Of a stretch of 64,000 bases of DNA, positions 53,110 to 64,000 are shown piece after piece; position 1 is the stretch's first letter; every line of letters starts with the position of its first letter. Source of the stretch: Nymphaea colorata (Eukaryota); assembly GCF_008831285.2 (NCBI RefSeq), contig NC_045138.2, positions 15,376,001-15,440,000 on the forward strand. Reading direction: 5' to 3'. The translations under genes were made by a program, and so were the position numbers. The notes beneath the pieces are model-generated. The model saw only the letters and a program-made list of their open reading frames with translations. It did no database searches and was not told the DNA's origin.

Positions 53110-53645
53110 TGAGGATGTAAATGGATCAGATTTCGATCTGGATCCTAGCATAATCACATAACCTTAAACCAAGTCGGGCAATCCACATATTCTGGACTTT
53201 GGAACAGATTTGGTAGTGTTCCCCATACATTTCCTCATCTTTCTTCACTGGATCGTATTTATATTTGAAATTGGATACAGTATTATGTTTAAAACTGTAC
53301 ATAAGTTCAATACTTATGGTCTCTAGTTCTGATTCAAATTCAAATTCGGACTCGCTGCACATTTTTCTGAACAGATCCGGAACGACTACCAAGACCCAGC
53401 CCATATCAATGCTTGCTAGTGGATTAGATCTTGCCAATCGTGATGCCAAGATCCATTTCCACGTAAATGGGTTTGAGACAGAGCGGTTTAGACTTTATCA
53501 TGTATATTATATATCCAAATCATATTGAAAATCAGTTGGATTCAGATTCAGGGACGCCAAATCTGGATCCAATTCTGTTTGTTTTTTTGTGGAACCCAAA
53601 CCAGGTCTAGGAGAAAACAGATATTGTCTTCAAATCCAGGATGTC
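53110..53645. mobile_element. Member of a dispersed GGATC/ATCC-rich MITE-like family. Related copies at ~8880-8990, 9200-9340, 12165-12240, 13200-13432, 17600-17780, 20690-21103, 32110-32260, 33790-33920, 42560-42700, 50570-50740 and 54440-54590
   Basis: Recurrent GGATCC/ATCCAAAT/CAGATCC subrepeats. Ends read GGATGTAAATGGATC (53113) or ...ACATCCCT (~13424, ~21096, ~50728). No ORF. Confidence 0.5.
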
Positions 53646-56117
53646 CCAAGGGACAAAATTTAGAAGCTTCATGTGAGGAACGGCACAGAATCTTGTTGCA
53701 CTGAGTTCCATGCCACGTTCATCTGACGGGACCCGGATTCATGAATTAAACCACATTTACTATTTCTCATCATGATATAAAATTGAACGACTAGCTAATT
53801 CATTATTATATCCTAATTCACATTAATATCCTCGCATGGTGCGCTACGGCGGCCACAAATCTAGAGTCAGCGCTCTTTTGAGGCCAAAAAGATCGAGTCT
53901 GATTTGATCCAAATCATGAATCCAGATCTGAATTCAAGAAGCTGTTGGAATTCAAATGGCTGGACTATGCATTGGTACTCCTTATAAACATTGTAAAGCA
54001 CCAGTGCAGTATTGGCCAAAGGAAAGGGCTATTATTAATTTGCTGTTTGTACTTAGCCTCTTAGAGGGTGTTTGACTACAACTTTATTCAATGAAACATG
54101 ATGTAGTTATAGATATTATTTCTAGAATGAACAATCAAATATTAGATGTATTTACATTATATCTCTTTAAACAACAATAACTTTAAAATCACATGTTATA
54201 GAAACATGCATGATGAGAACACAATGTTCTCCTTGCCAAACTGCCTCCAGGGAGCACAAAGTAACAAAAATTAGGTCGTAGTTTCCACCCAGTTACTCCA
54301 GTTGTTTCCCTAGTTGTTTGATTCGCAAACTTATATGTTCTGGAACACTCTGTCGATGACAAGCAACTTGAAGTGTGTATATATATATATATATATATAT
54401 CCATGAATTGAGATTAAAAATTGTTCAGTTGATAATAATAATAATTTACAGAGTTGATGCATTCAAGTGGAGGTCAGATCAGTACAGTCCATGGGTAGAC
54501 CTGACCTGGATTCCACCCTATATGGTGCTGGATCCTGTTAGACTGACCCAGATCCAGTTCCGTATACAGTGGACAGCCATGAGATTAAATTATAGGCAAA
54601 ATTCACAAATATTTGGTCGGCCATTAGCATAATTACACATAGAGGCCTAACATTCTAAAATTTTACGAATACTGCATGGGCTTTTAAATGGTTTTCGTAC
54701 ACTTTTCTCATATTACCCAAGCTGGAATTGTCGCCGTTGAATCTTGCTTCTTGGTTTATTTTTAATGCAGTTACTTTAATATCCCTCGTTCAATAATGTG
54801 TACTTGATTTTGAGCCAACTTCATTTCGGGGAGATATTTGGAAGAGGTTGAAGCTCTTTCGGTCATCGAGTTGTTTTGAAACTTAGGTGGAGAGTGATAC
54901 ATCAGTCAACTAGAGTGCCGCACATCTACCATTTGCAGTGCTCATGGAAATCAAACTTAGTGAGCGTGATTCTTGCTAACGGGACTCGACTAATATGGTT
55001 AAAGAGTTTACTGAGAGAGAGAGAGAGCCGATAAAATAAAAATTCATGAAATGAAAGAGAAACAAGAGAGGAAGTAAGAAAGAATTAAGATGTAAATTGG
55101 CGAGTATATAAATTCCGTGGATTCTTCGATTTAGTGATTCATTTGAAATAAGTTGTAAATCGATAAAAAGTTATTATTGTACTTGTTTTATCATAAGTTT
55201 AAAACTCTAATATACTTACGAAAAAAGAAAGGACAGCCACTGAATCAAATCAATTTGCTACCACCAATTCAGATTGATTTTTATATTATTGCATACAAGT
55301 GGATGGGAGGTTGGTGGTCAGAAATATAAAGCAAGGCCCAAATTATCAGAGTCGGCCCGTAATTATTTTTAAAGATATTTTAATAAAATTTTGTTTTCCA
55401 ATATTTTGATACATGTTTCCATTGATTTTTTTAAATTGAGTTTTTTTGGCTCATTGGCAAAAGATTCATCTTAGTTACTTATCGTTATCATAACCCTTAC
55501 TTTTTTCATCCTCAAGATAAGAAATTTACGATAGCGAGAAATGCCATACCCATATATGACGGGGTAGTAGTGCCTCTGCAAATATTGTTGTTTGGATCGT
55601 AGTTGCCTTTGTTTTGGATCTTGTCAGCCAAACTCAGACCCGGTTCCATTATGAGCTGACAGCTTGAGGAGTACGGTTTTGGACATTGTCATACTTTCGA
55701 GAAAGATCCGACCCAGGTCCAACATGCAGCATCCAAAATGAATCTGGACATGGGACAAGGAGTCCAGCGGTGGTCTGACCCCGACCTGGACTCTGGCTGA
55801 GCTTTAATCAGGTGGCACGAAGAAGAAAGTTCTGCACCAACAAAACTATGACGCCTCGATAATTCGTATTTTTTACAAATAATCAGGGGAGGGGGGCAAT
55901 AGCCCGAAGGAGTAGTAGGTCAAGTAGGCACGTCATCGGTTCAATTCTCGTAAATATTATTCCCTTAGACTTTAAACAGTGAGATCACGATACTTTATTT
56001 GACAGGTATCTACCATATCCACTCAAGTCTCAATGCGGTCCAGTAGTATTTCCTGTCGCAAGAAAACTTTGTTTGGATTTCACATACAGTTATGGGAGCC
56101 CATCCTTGGAGCGTCAC

Positions 56118-56242
56118 TTCATAATCGAGTTAAGTGAGTCAAGCTCGAGCCTGACTTTGTATAATCGAGTCGAGCTCGAGCTTGTGTTAGGCAGCTCGAC
56201 TCCAGTTCGAGTCAAACTCGACTCGGCTCGTGTGCAGCCCTA
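56118..56242. mobile_element. End of a GAGCTCGAG-rich non-autonomous element
   Basis: Clustered TCGAGCTCGAG/CTCGACTCGG subrepeats ending in GTGCAGCCCTA, a common plant MITE-like terminus. Confidence 0.5.
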
Positions 56243-56745
56243 CATACAGTGCTGCATGTGTCTCAAGTTTGGCATAAATAAAGTTGGCATTAAGTATCTT
56301 ACAAGGTGAATAAACGTTCAACATTTGCGGAATTAAACAAAACGAGCGCCTTGTGCAAAGAAATGCTGTTACGAGAAGCTGGTTTTTTCAATTAATTTAC
56401 ATATACGTTTCCTTTTATTTCTTGAAATGCTGAAATTGACCGTTCGCTGTGTGGGCAGCCTGGCGGATTCCTGTTCAATTTCCGATATTGATGACAGCAG
56501 GTAAAACATTCGAAGTATCGTAATCAGTGAATAAGTATGCCAAATTTTATATAGTCACATGGATACTGGCATGGGTACGGGGATATTGATATACACACGA
56601 TAATTTTAAAAATTTATATGCACTTAAAAATCCCACTTAAAAATCCCACAAAGTTTACAATTCCAGATGAATTATGCAAAATGTCTTGCCATATGACCCT
56701 TCCAAACTTCCAAGCTGTTTTAAATTTATTTTGGTATGTTCAAAG

Positions 56746-56800
<55 letters not shown>

Positions 56801-58789
56801 TGATGTGGGGCTTGACAACTCATGTGCCTGACATGGTAGAACTTCGCTGATGCATAAGCGTACACAGAAATAAATGTGGGTAGTAAAGTTCTTAAAGTGG
56901 CGCTTAAACTGTTGCAGATTCACCAGATGTTGGTGAAACTAGTTTCCTTCGATCAGTGGCAGATCAAACATGGTCTTGATTCCACAAGTAAAAGCATCTT
57001 CCTACTTGCAGTAACTTGGGAGTGCATAAACAAAGTTAATGGAAAAGAGCACTTGAATTTTGAAGGGCTAAGAGCAATTCAAGACTCATATAGCACTGAT
57101 TGGATGCAAATTAATTTCGATTAAAGAGACTTTTAAGAGCTTGCCGGTTGAATATCCAAGAAAAATCGGAGAAAAACACCCGCAAGTTCAAAAGCAAGGC
57201 GATAGAGCTACTGGTCCTGCTAGTTTATCGGAAGGCAATGAAGAATATTTCGTTTTTAGCTAATAAATGTGATGCAAATAAAATAATTTTTAAATAACTA
57301 TTTATGGTCTCCACTAGGCAGAGAAGTGTTGAAGGCAGGTTGACGCATTATGCTGGTAAGTTGTCGCATTTGCTCTGATTATATCACAGAAGTCATATTT
57401 TTATTTCATGAAGGCGATGGGGAAGCTGTGTACTGTAGCAGAGCAGTTGGAGCTCTTAATGGCAACCTCCTCTTATACTTTTAGCTATTACTCGATCATC
57501 TAAGAGTTAATCTAGATTCCCCTATGAAGGCATTTATTTTTAGATAGTGTTTGTACCGAATCTGCCATATGAGGTACCAAATGAAGTCCAATTGAATTAG
57601 TTTATATCAAATATAGTTTTCCGGTTTTAAACTGTATCGACACAGTTGTGTTTTTAACACATTTTTTCTTAGAAAAAAGAAATGCTTTTTATGTGGCTAT
57701 GGTTTATATGCATGATGCGATAGTACAGAGACATATAAAGTAAAAAAAAAATGGGGTTAAAAAGATAAAAGCATGCAGTGATTGTTAATTTGCCGTCAGA
57801 TTTTCATAGTTTCTAACTTTTTTTTTTCTCTACATTGGCCAAAACTAAGAAAATAGAATATTGTTCCGAGGTCCCGAGCACAAAAACAATTTGTTTACGA
57901 TTCAAGAGAGACCAAAACACTTTGGACAACAAACAGTTCCGAATTCCGATGTTTTTTTTTCATGGAAATGGCTTTCCACACGGATGTGCATGAGATTGAC
58001 AGTTCCTACATTGAATTAAATTATCAGCCATTCTCTCTCCTTCCCCTTCAAGTTTAATAATAAACATTTAATAGAAATAGAAACTTGTTCAAGTAAAATT
58101 AATAGTGCTAGAACGAAGTTAGAAGAGATTGAGAGAGAGATTGTGCTACCAAATTTCATTACATGATCAACTCACAGCATGGTTGATTTTTTATGTTTTT
58201 TGAAGCCTTGAAAAGTTTGATCTACAACTTGGGCTTGAAGGATTTTCTTTTGAATGCATAAATTCATACAATCCTATCTCAGATATATATGTGTATGCAA
58301 TTAAAGTACTTACTAAAACTCGTGAGAGAAATAACTCAACCAGAATTTATACAGCGAGGAACCAACCAGTGGAGGCATGTGGAGACAAAAATGACAACTT
58401 AACAGTCCATTACCCAATATGCATGCTCCAGATATTGTTTAATGGAAGCTTCTCAGTTCATCTGCCGCATCCGAGGACCCACTGCCTGCCAATCCCCAGA
58501 AATGCCAACAACCAAGCTTAAGTTTGAGCGCACGCGGCGTGTGCATGTGTGTGTGTTTCTGTCTCTTGTGTGTGTGAATGCGCGCGCGCGCCACCAACCA
58601 TTCATTCAAAAATCAACCCAGTGAAAGTTGCAGAACTCCATGGCGAGCAAACGGGAGAGACAGAGAGCGAAGCAGATTAATGCTATAGAGATAGACAGAG
58701 GGAGAGTCTTGCAACAAACCTCGCGTTTTTTAGGCATTCATCTAAAAAACTAATGATGTACAAACAACAATATCAATCTTCAAAAGTTT

Positions 58790-59848
58790 TTACAGACAAT
58801 CTTCACAATCTTCTGAGGATTCAAGATCGTCCTCATGAATTTCACAGGAAGAAGGAGGAGACACAAGCGACAGAAGCAAATCCACGAAGGCACCGACAAT
58901 GTAGCCATGGGCGCTCTTGCCGTTCACCTTCAAGTACCAGACCAGCATCTCCTCCAAACACCCCCAGTCTCTCAAGTCATAGGCTTCCACCATCTCCTCC
59001 ATGGAAAGCCTAAAATCCATGTAAGGGTCCTCCGAATCCAGCACCATCATCAAGCTCTCCTTGAATGGCAGAACCCCGGCATTCTCCTCCACACCCTGGA
59101 AGCCACCATCTTTCTCCCTCTGAGGCACACTCTCCATCTTCTCCGTCTCCTCAAACATCAAGACGCCATCCTCCTTCTCCCTCTCACAGCCAGTGCTTCC
59201 AACCGTCCCATCTTCCAGTTTTAATGATGGTAATTGCTTCTCGTCTTTCTCGCTCTCCACCATCAAGTGTTCCCGGAGAGTCAGCACGGGACCGCTGATT
59301 TCTTTCGTCTTGTTCTCTGCAAGTCTGCCATTGATTTCTCTCACAGAAGCTCCCCCCACCTTCTTATTTTCCTTGAACAGCGCCTTCCTCTCACCTTTTT
59401 CTCTATTCAGACCTCTGCCCACGTTCTTATTTTCATTGAACGGAGACAACCCAGTTTCTTTTCCTTTCTTTGGACCGCTCCCCATCTTCGCCGAGGGCAG
59501 GGCGCCGCTTCCTTTCTCCTTTCCTTCATCTGATATCGACTTGGTGCAGTCTGGTTCGAAGAAGAACCTCTCCGAACACAACCCTCTCACCAGGCCCTCC
59601 AGCACCAGCTCCGGCATGTCGCCAGAATCCTCCGACGACGAAATCTCGGACGTAGACGCCGCGGAAGAATCTGTCTCGAACCAATTGCCGAGCTCGGAGA
59701 TCGTATCGTTCCCATCCGAATCGATGTACACGGAGTTGATGCTCCTGTAGATGTCAACTGCCGCTCTGAAGGACTCGGTTTTGGGATGGTGGCACACCCA
59801 CATCTCCTTGGGCATGAGAAGCGACTTGAGATTCATCCCTCTGGCCAT
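58790..59848 (-). CDS. OFP: OVATE family protein, OFP13/15/18-like, 352 aa from the likely ATG at 59848 (an in-frame upstream ATG lies at 59989)
   Basis: CHHPKTESFR, GLCSERFFFEPDCTKSI, and OVATE domain LPFKESLMMVLDSEDPYMDFRLSMEEMVEAYDLRDWGCLEEMLVWYLKVNGKSAHGYIVGAFVDLL. TATA-like TTTATAA at 60025-60019. Confidence 0.93.
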   Translation of the reverse strand: MARGMNLKSLLMPKEMWVCHHPKTESFRAAVDIYRSINSVYIDSDGNDTISELGNWFETDSSAASTSEISSSEDSGDMPELVLEGLVRGLCSERFFFEPDCTKSISDEGKEKGSGALPSAKMGSGPKKGKETGLSPFNENKNVGRGLNREKGERKALFKENKKVGGASVREINGRLAENKTKEISGPVLTLREHLMVESEKDEKQLPSLKLEDGTVGSTGCEREKEDGVLMFEETEKMESVPQREKDGGFQGVEENAGVLPFKESLMMVLDSEDPYMDFRLSMEEMVEAYDLRDWGCLEEMLVWYLKVNGKSAHGYIVGAFVDLLLSLVSPPSSCEIHEDDLESSEDCEDCL

Positions 59849-60547
59849 GGAATTAGGCAGGACTCTGGAGGCTGCTGGTTTTTGAATTTTGAGTGGGTTG
59901 TGGACGATGGGATGGAATGAAAGGCTTGTGTGTTTTTGTGTTGCGTGAAGCGCCGCTCTGCTGCTGCTGCTGCTTCTGCTGCTGGGCATTGATGGTAGTC
60001 CGAGAGGTAGGCAGAGGCTTATAAAGAGGAGGGTCGCTACAGGAAAACTGAGGTGTGGTGGCGGAAACAGGCTGCTTGATGCCCGGTGTTGAGAGTCGTG
60101 GACTATCCCAGGTATGCAACTATTAATTTAATCAATTCAATAATTTCGGTGTGTCAATTCGGTTCTCTATCACAGATGATATTATTTTTTGCTATTCTAT
60201 CTTATTATAATCGCCCATCTGTATATTATATTCATTGAGCTGGTCAGTTTACAGATGTTCTCTTTATGTTTTCTTTTTCCCTTATTTTAACTTGTAACTC
60301 GTGTGGGGAGGCCCAGACAAATAACTATTGTTTAAGAGACAAGTTTGGTCCAAAAGAATCCACGGAACCCAACTAAGCTGTCCTGCTTACATTTAGAAGT
60401 TGAACTTCATCTTACTTTAACTAGAGTTTTTACCACCATAAATGTTTGGTACTATTAAATAATCAGCGGCACTGGACTAGTCGTTGCGGCCTGCTGGGCA
60501 TTGGTGGGTTAGATCATCTTTGAGTGATAACAGTCAATGTTTCCGAC

Positions 60548-60820
60548 CAGATAGCTTCAACTTTCAACTGTTAGTGGAAGTAGTCATAAAACAACTATCC
60601 CGTTGAGCTTCGACCCTACCAACCGAGATCATGAATCATGTAGAAAGCTGGTAACTTTACGCCACAAATTACTGTTCTTCGACCGTTCATGAAGGGGAAC
60701 AGTGAATCTTTTAGATTAGATAGCTGCAACTTTTAAGTTTCAACTATTCTTGTTGATCAGCTACCAACCAAGATCGTAAATGATGTAGAAAACAAGCTGC
60801 TAAAGATTACGCCATAGATG
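60548..60820. repeat. Diverged tandem duplication upstream of the minus-strand OFP
   Basis: AGATAGCT.CAACTTT...CAACTAT...CTACCAACC.AGATC.T.AAT.ATGTAGAAA...TTACGCCA occurs twice (~60548-60668 and ~60717-60818). Confidence 0.7.
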
Positions 60821-62567
60821 AATGTAATGACGTTTAATTGTTAATGAGGGTCGGTACTCTGTGTGTCGGCGGGGACTGTTGATGGTCGTCTGCAACTTGG
60901 GAAGTGGGCTCGTGAATCGACCCATGACCAACCAGTGCTTCAAAATTCAAAATCATGGAGGGAGGGAGGGTGGGTCACGCTTGGCTGCATGGTTGCTCAA
61001 AGAAGGGAAGAGGAAATGTCGGAAACGCCATTGATCCTCGACACCTCGCATTAATGGAGGCCCAGAGGGGGAAGGTGGGTTCGTTGCTTTGCTCATTAAA
61101 TGGGAAGGAGGGAGGGGCGCTGATGCAAAAGCATGTCGCAATAATTGCTTCACTCAGGGCTCTCTGTCATCAATCACCCAACGTTCCTATTCCATGAAAT
61201 CTCATGGCGAAAGCTCCCAAGTTTTTTCTTTTCTCTCTTTCGCTCTCTGCAATTTTCTGACCCATCGTTGTCTTCTTCTTTCACCATGAACCAAACTTCG
61301 GTGGGGTTAAAAAAGCATTTAAAAAGAAAAAGAAATGAAACCTGAAGATCTCTCTCTCTCTCTCTCTCTCTCGTTTATGACAATTGTAGAATCTCATATT
61401 GAGTTGATGAATGGTCCATTTTCAGTAACGAAATCAGATCACGGATGTCATGACAACTTCCATGCAAGTGTGGTCCCGTCCCCATCAACGCCTGCCGTTT
61501 GAGTGAGACTTCTGGTGTCTGTGTTCTTGGGGAGATTTTACCGTTAAAAGTTTAAACATTTCTACAGATTGCCGGGAAGTTGTCTCTCCTGTATTTCTTT
61601 TTCCGTAAGACTTTGTTTTCTGCAATTCTAAAGAAAATGATTCTGTAATCGGTGATATTGCCCCGATAACTGCAAATTATTGTCATCCCACCTAAAGGCT
61701 ATCAAAACAAGAAACTTCCGGTTTTCACCACCATATAACTTTTTATGCTTGAAATTGAATGAAGAAACTGCGAAGAGAAATTATTTTTTATCAAATTAAA
61801 GGCACCACCCCTTATCTTTAGGAGTTTAAGCTTACAAGATGTGAGAAGCACTTGTAGGCAATTCGATTGATCAGTATGTTAAAATGATTTACAAAGAATT
61901 TATACATTTATTTGTTATTATCACAATGACGACCTAACAATTTGATCCAATTGTTGCAGTTAAGTTCTCATTTTTGCAGGAATATATATACTTCAACGGT
62001 CCTCATGTCCGTCGTTCACCGCTACTATTTGGATGATAAATGAAGAAATTTAATATGAACTAGAACGTTGGGGAGTGCTCATAATTGCTGATAATTAAGT
62101 TAAGAGGAAAATTTTAATGAAAAAAATAGTTCCCACATTTAATTGAGTCATGATACATTTGACTGTATATGTGGTTCCTCGTCCAATGCGTCACTGAAGA
62201 GCTCTTTTTTCTTCTTCTTCTTCTTCTTTTCTTGAATTTAAAGATGGGATAGAGGGAGAGCCACACGCCGCTTGTGGAAGTGAATTTCCTTTGATTCTGG
62301 GAATATATACCTAACGGCTGCTTTTTAATGTAATGTAAAGAGAGTAAAATAGATGTTGTCTCTGTACTTATTCTGCCATTGCTTAGAAAAATATCACTCC
62401 GGAAACACATCTGAAGTTCATCTAACAATAGCATGGTGCTGGTCAAAAGAATCTTTGCTTTTCTTTCTATAGAAAAAATTATCCACCCATTCGTTCAAAT
62501 ATACCAGCATTTATGGCCATAAATGCCACTACTTTCTCCTTTCTCTTACTACAACATCTCTACCCCA

Positions 62568-62610
<43 letters not shown>

Positions 62611-63172
62611 GGGAACATCTTTATTCATCAAGAGATGGGAGAAACTTTTCTTCAAGTGAACTCTTAGTGATGTGTTGCAGCATGGGAAGAAAGAACACCT
62701 GTGTCCCATCTGTAGGCAAGTCCACTAACAATGCAGTGGGGAACACATTTTATGCGCACCTCGTCGTTCCACCAAAACGGTGGAACGGCAGAACAGAACG
62801 TCGTCGTGCCTTGTGAACATCGTGTTCTGTACTTTGCATCAAAAATCCCGGCCCTAAGTTCTTTGTCAGTCAGACGAAGTTCGCATCCATGGCGTCCGGT
62901 TAGATGAAAAGAAAGAACGACACCTCGTCAAGTAAAATCCACTCTGTTTTTTTCACGGTGGACCGCGACGTATTTTTCCTATATACACTCACATCGACTC
63001 CCATGTGATCCGCTCAGTAATATTAATTTCTTTTACATAGTCATCCTTCATGACTCTCAGAGACAGTAGAAGCTTAATTTCACCAAGAAACAACAGCTGT
63101 CTTGTCTGTATTGAGCTCAGTTGGTGAGTCCAGCAGTGCTTACACCCATGCATCTTCCAGGACACACTCATT

Positions 63173-63234
<62 letters not shown>

Positions 63235-64000
63235 TCAGTTGCCCGTGCACATGCCCATGCCGCATGATTGCTTACCTTCTGCACGTATGGGGGGATCCAG
63301 TCATTTGCTGGAAATATAATTGAGAGGGAGGAAGCGCAATTGAAGCGTGAATAACAACTGGTGGCAAGTTTATCTAGAACAATTGAAGCATGAATAACAA
63401 GAAGCAGAATCTTTGTCATTTTCTGAGTAGGCAGATGCAAGTTTATGTGGAACATCCAATACAGAGAGCTTATCCCTGATCAGGTTACCTAGAGGAATCA
63501 CATGAAGTTCTGCCACATTCAGAAAACCTACTCCAAATTCGAACCTGGTATTTTTGACAGCTACCATTTGTGCAGCGAGATGATTATGAACTTCTTGCTT
63601 ACGAGTCTCTTCTATCTCTGCACAGTAATCTCAAAATTTGCAATCCCTTACGGTCATGTCATGAATCGGTGCATATCATAAAGGGTAGGTACCATTCAAA
63701 CAAGCAGTACATTGAATTGGGATAAATTTATTCAGACAAATCCAGCCAAGGATATAAAAGTTTAGCATAATTGACAGGAGACTCGAGACAAATCGTCAAA
63801 AGTTGATGGGAAGCATCCTTGATGGTGCCTGTTTGTCTAATTTTGTAATCGGATTCTGCACGCTTGGACACTTATTCCTGGATCTTCTTAGTTGTCCTGA
63901 ATTATCCTCGATAGAGTACCACGGACTCGAGTTGGATTGATCTGGTGCTCTAAACCATGTGCCATCTATCTCATTCCAGCCCCAATGCCCACACTACATT

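Overview
Eukaryotic nuclear DNA from a flowering plant (spliced genes, (TA)n/(GA)n microsatellites, decayed LINEs and MITE-like repeats); the species cannot be fixed from sequence alone. Eight protein-coding genes were reconstructed by hand: LOG cytokinin-activating enzyme (-, 7 exons), a 77-aa uncharacterised protein (+), plastid 2-Cys peroxiredoxin (-, 7 exons, one GC-AG intron), E2F transcription factor (+, 14 exons, U12-type last intron), a plastid-targeted DUF1279-like protein (-, 3 exons), an intronless uncharacterised protein (+), and two convergent OVATE-family genes (OFP6-like +, OFP13/15/18-like -). The most unusual structure is a ~700-bp inverted duplicate of the E2F promoter and 5' leader, placed back-to-back with the gene. 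It keeps the E2F-binding site, two uORFs and the start codon, and points into a locally duplicated segment with a strong splice acceptor. Most short ORFs in the track are spurious. Family names come from motif recognition; no searches were run.
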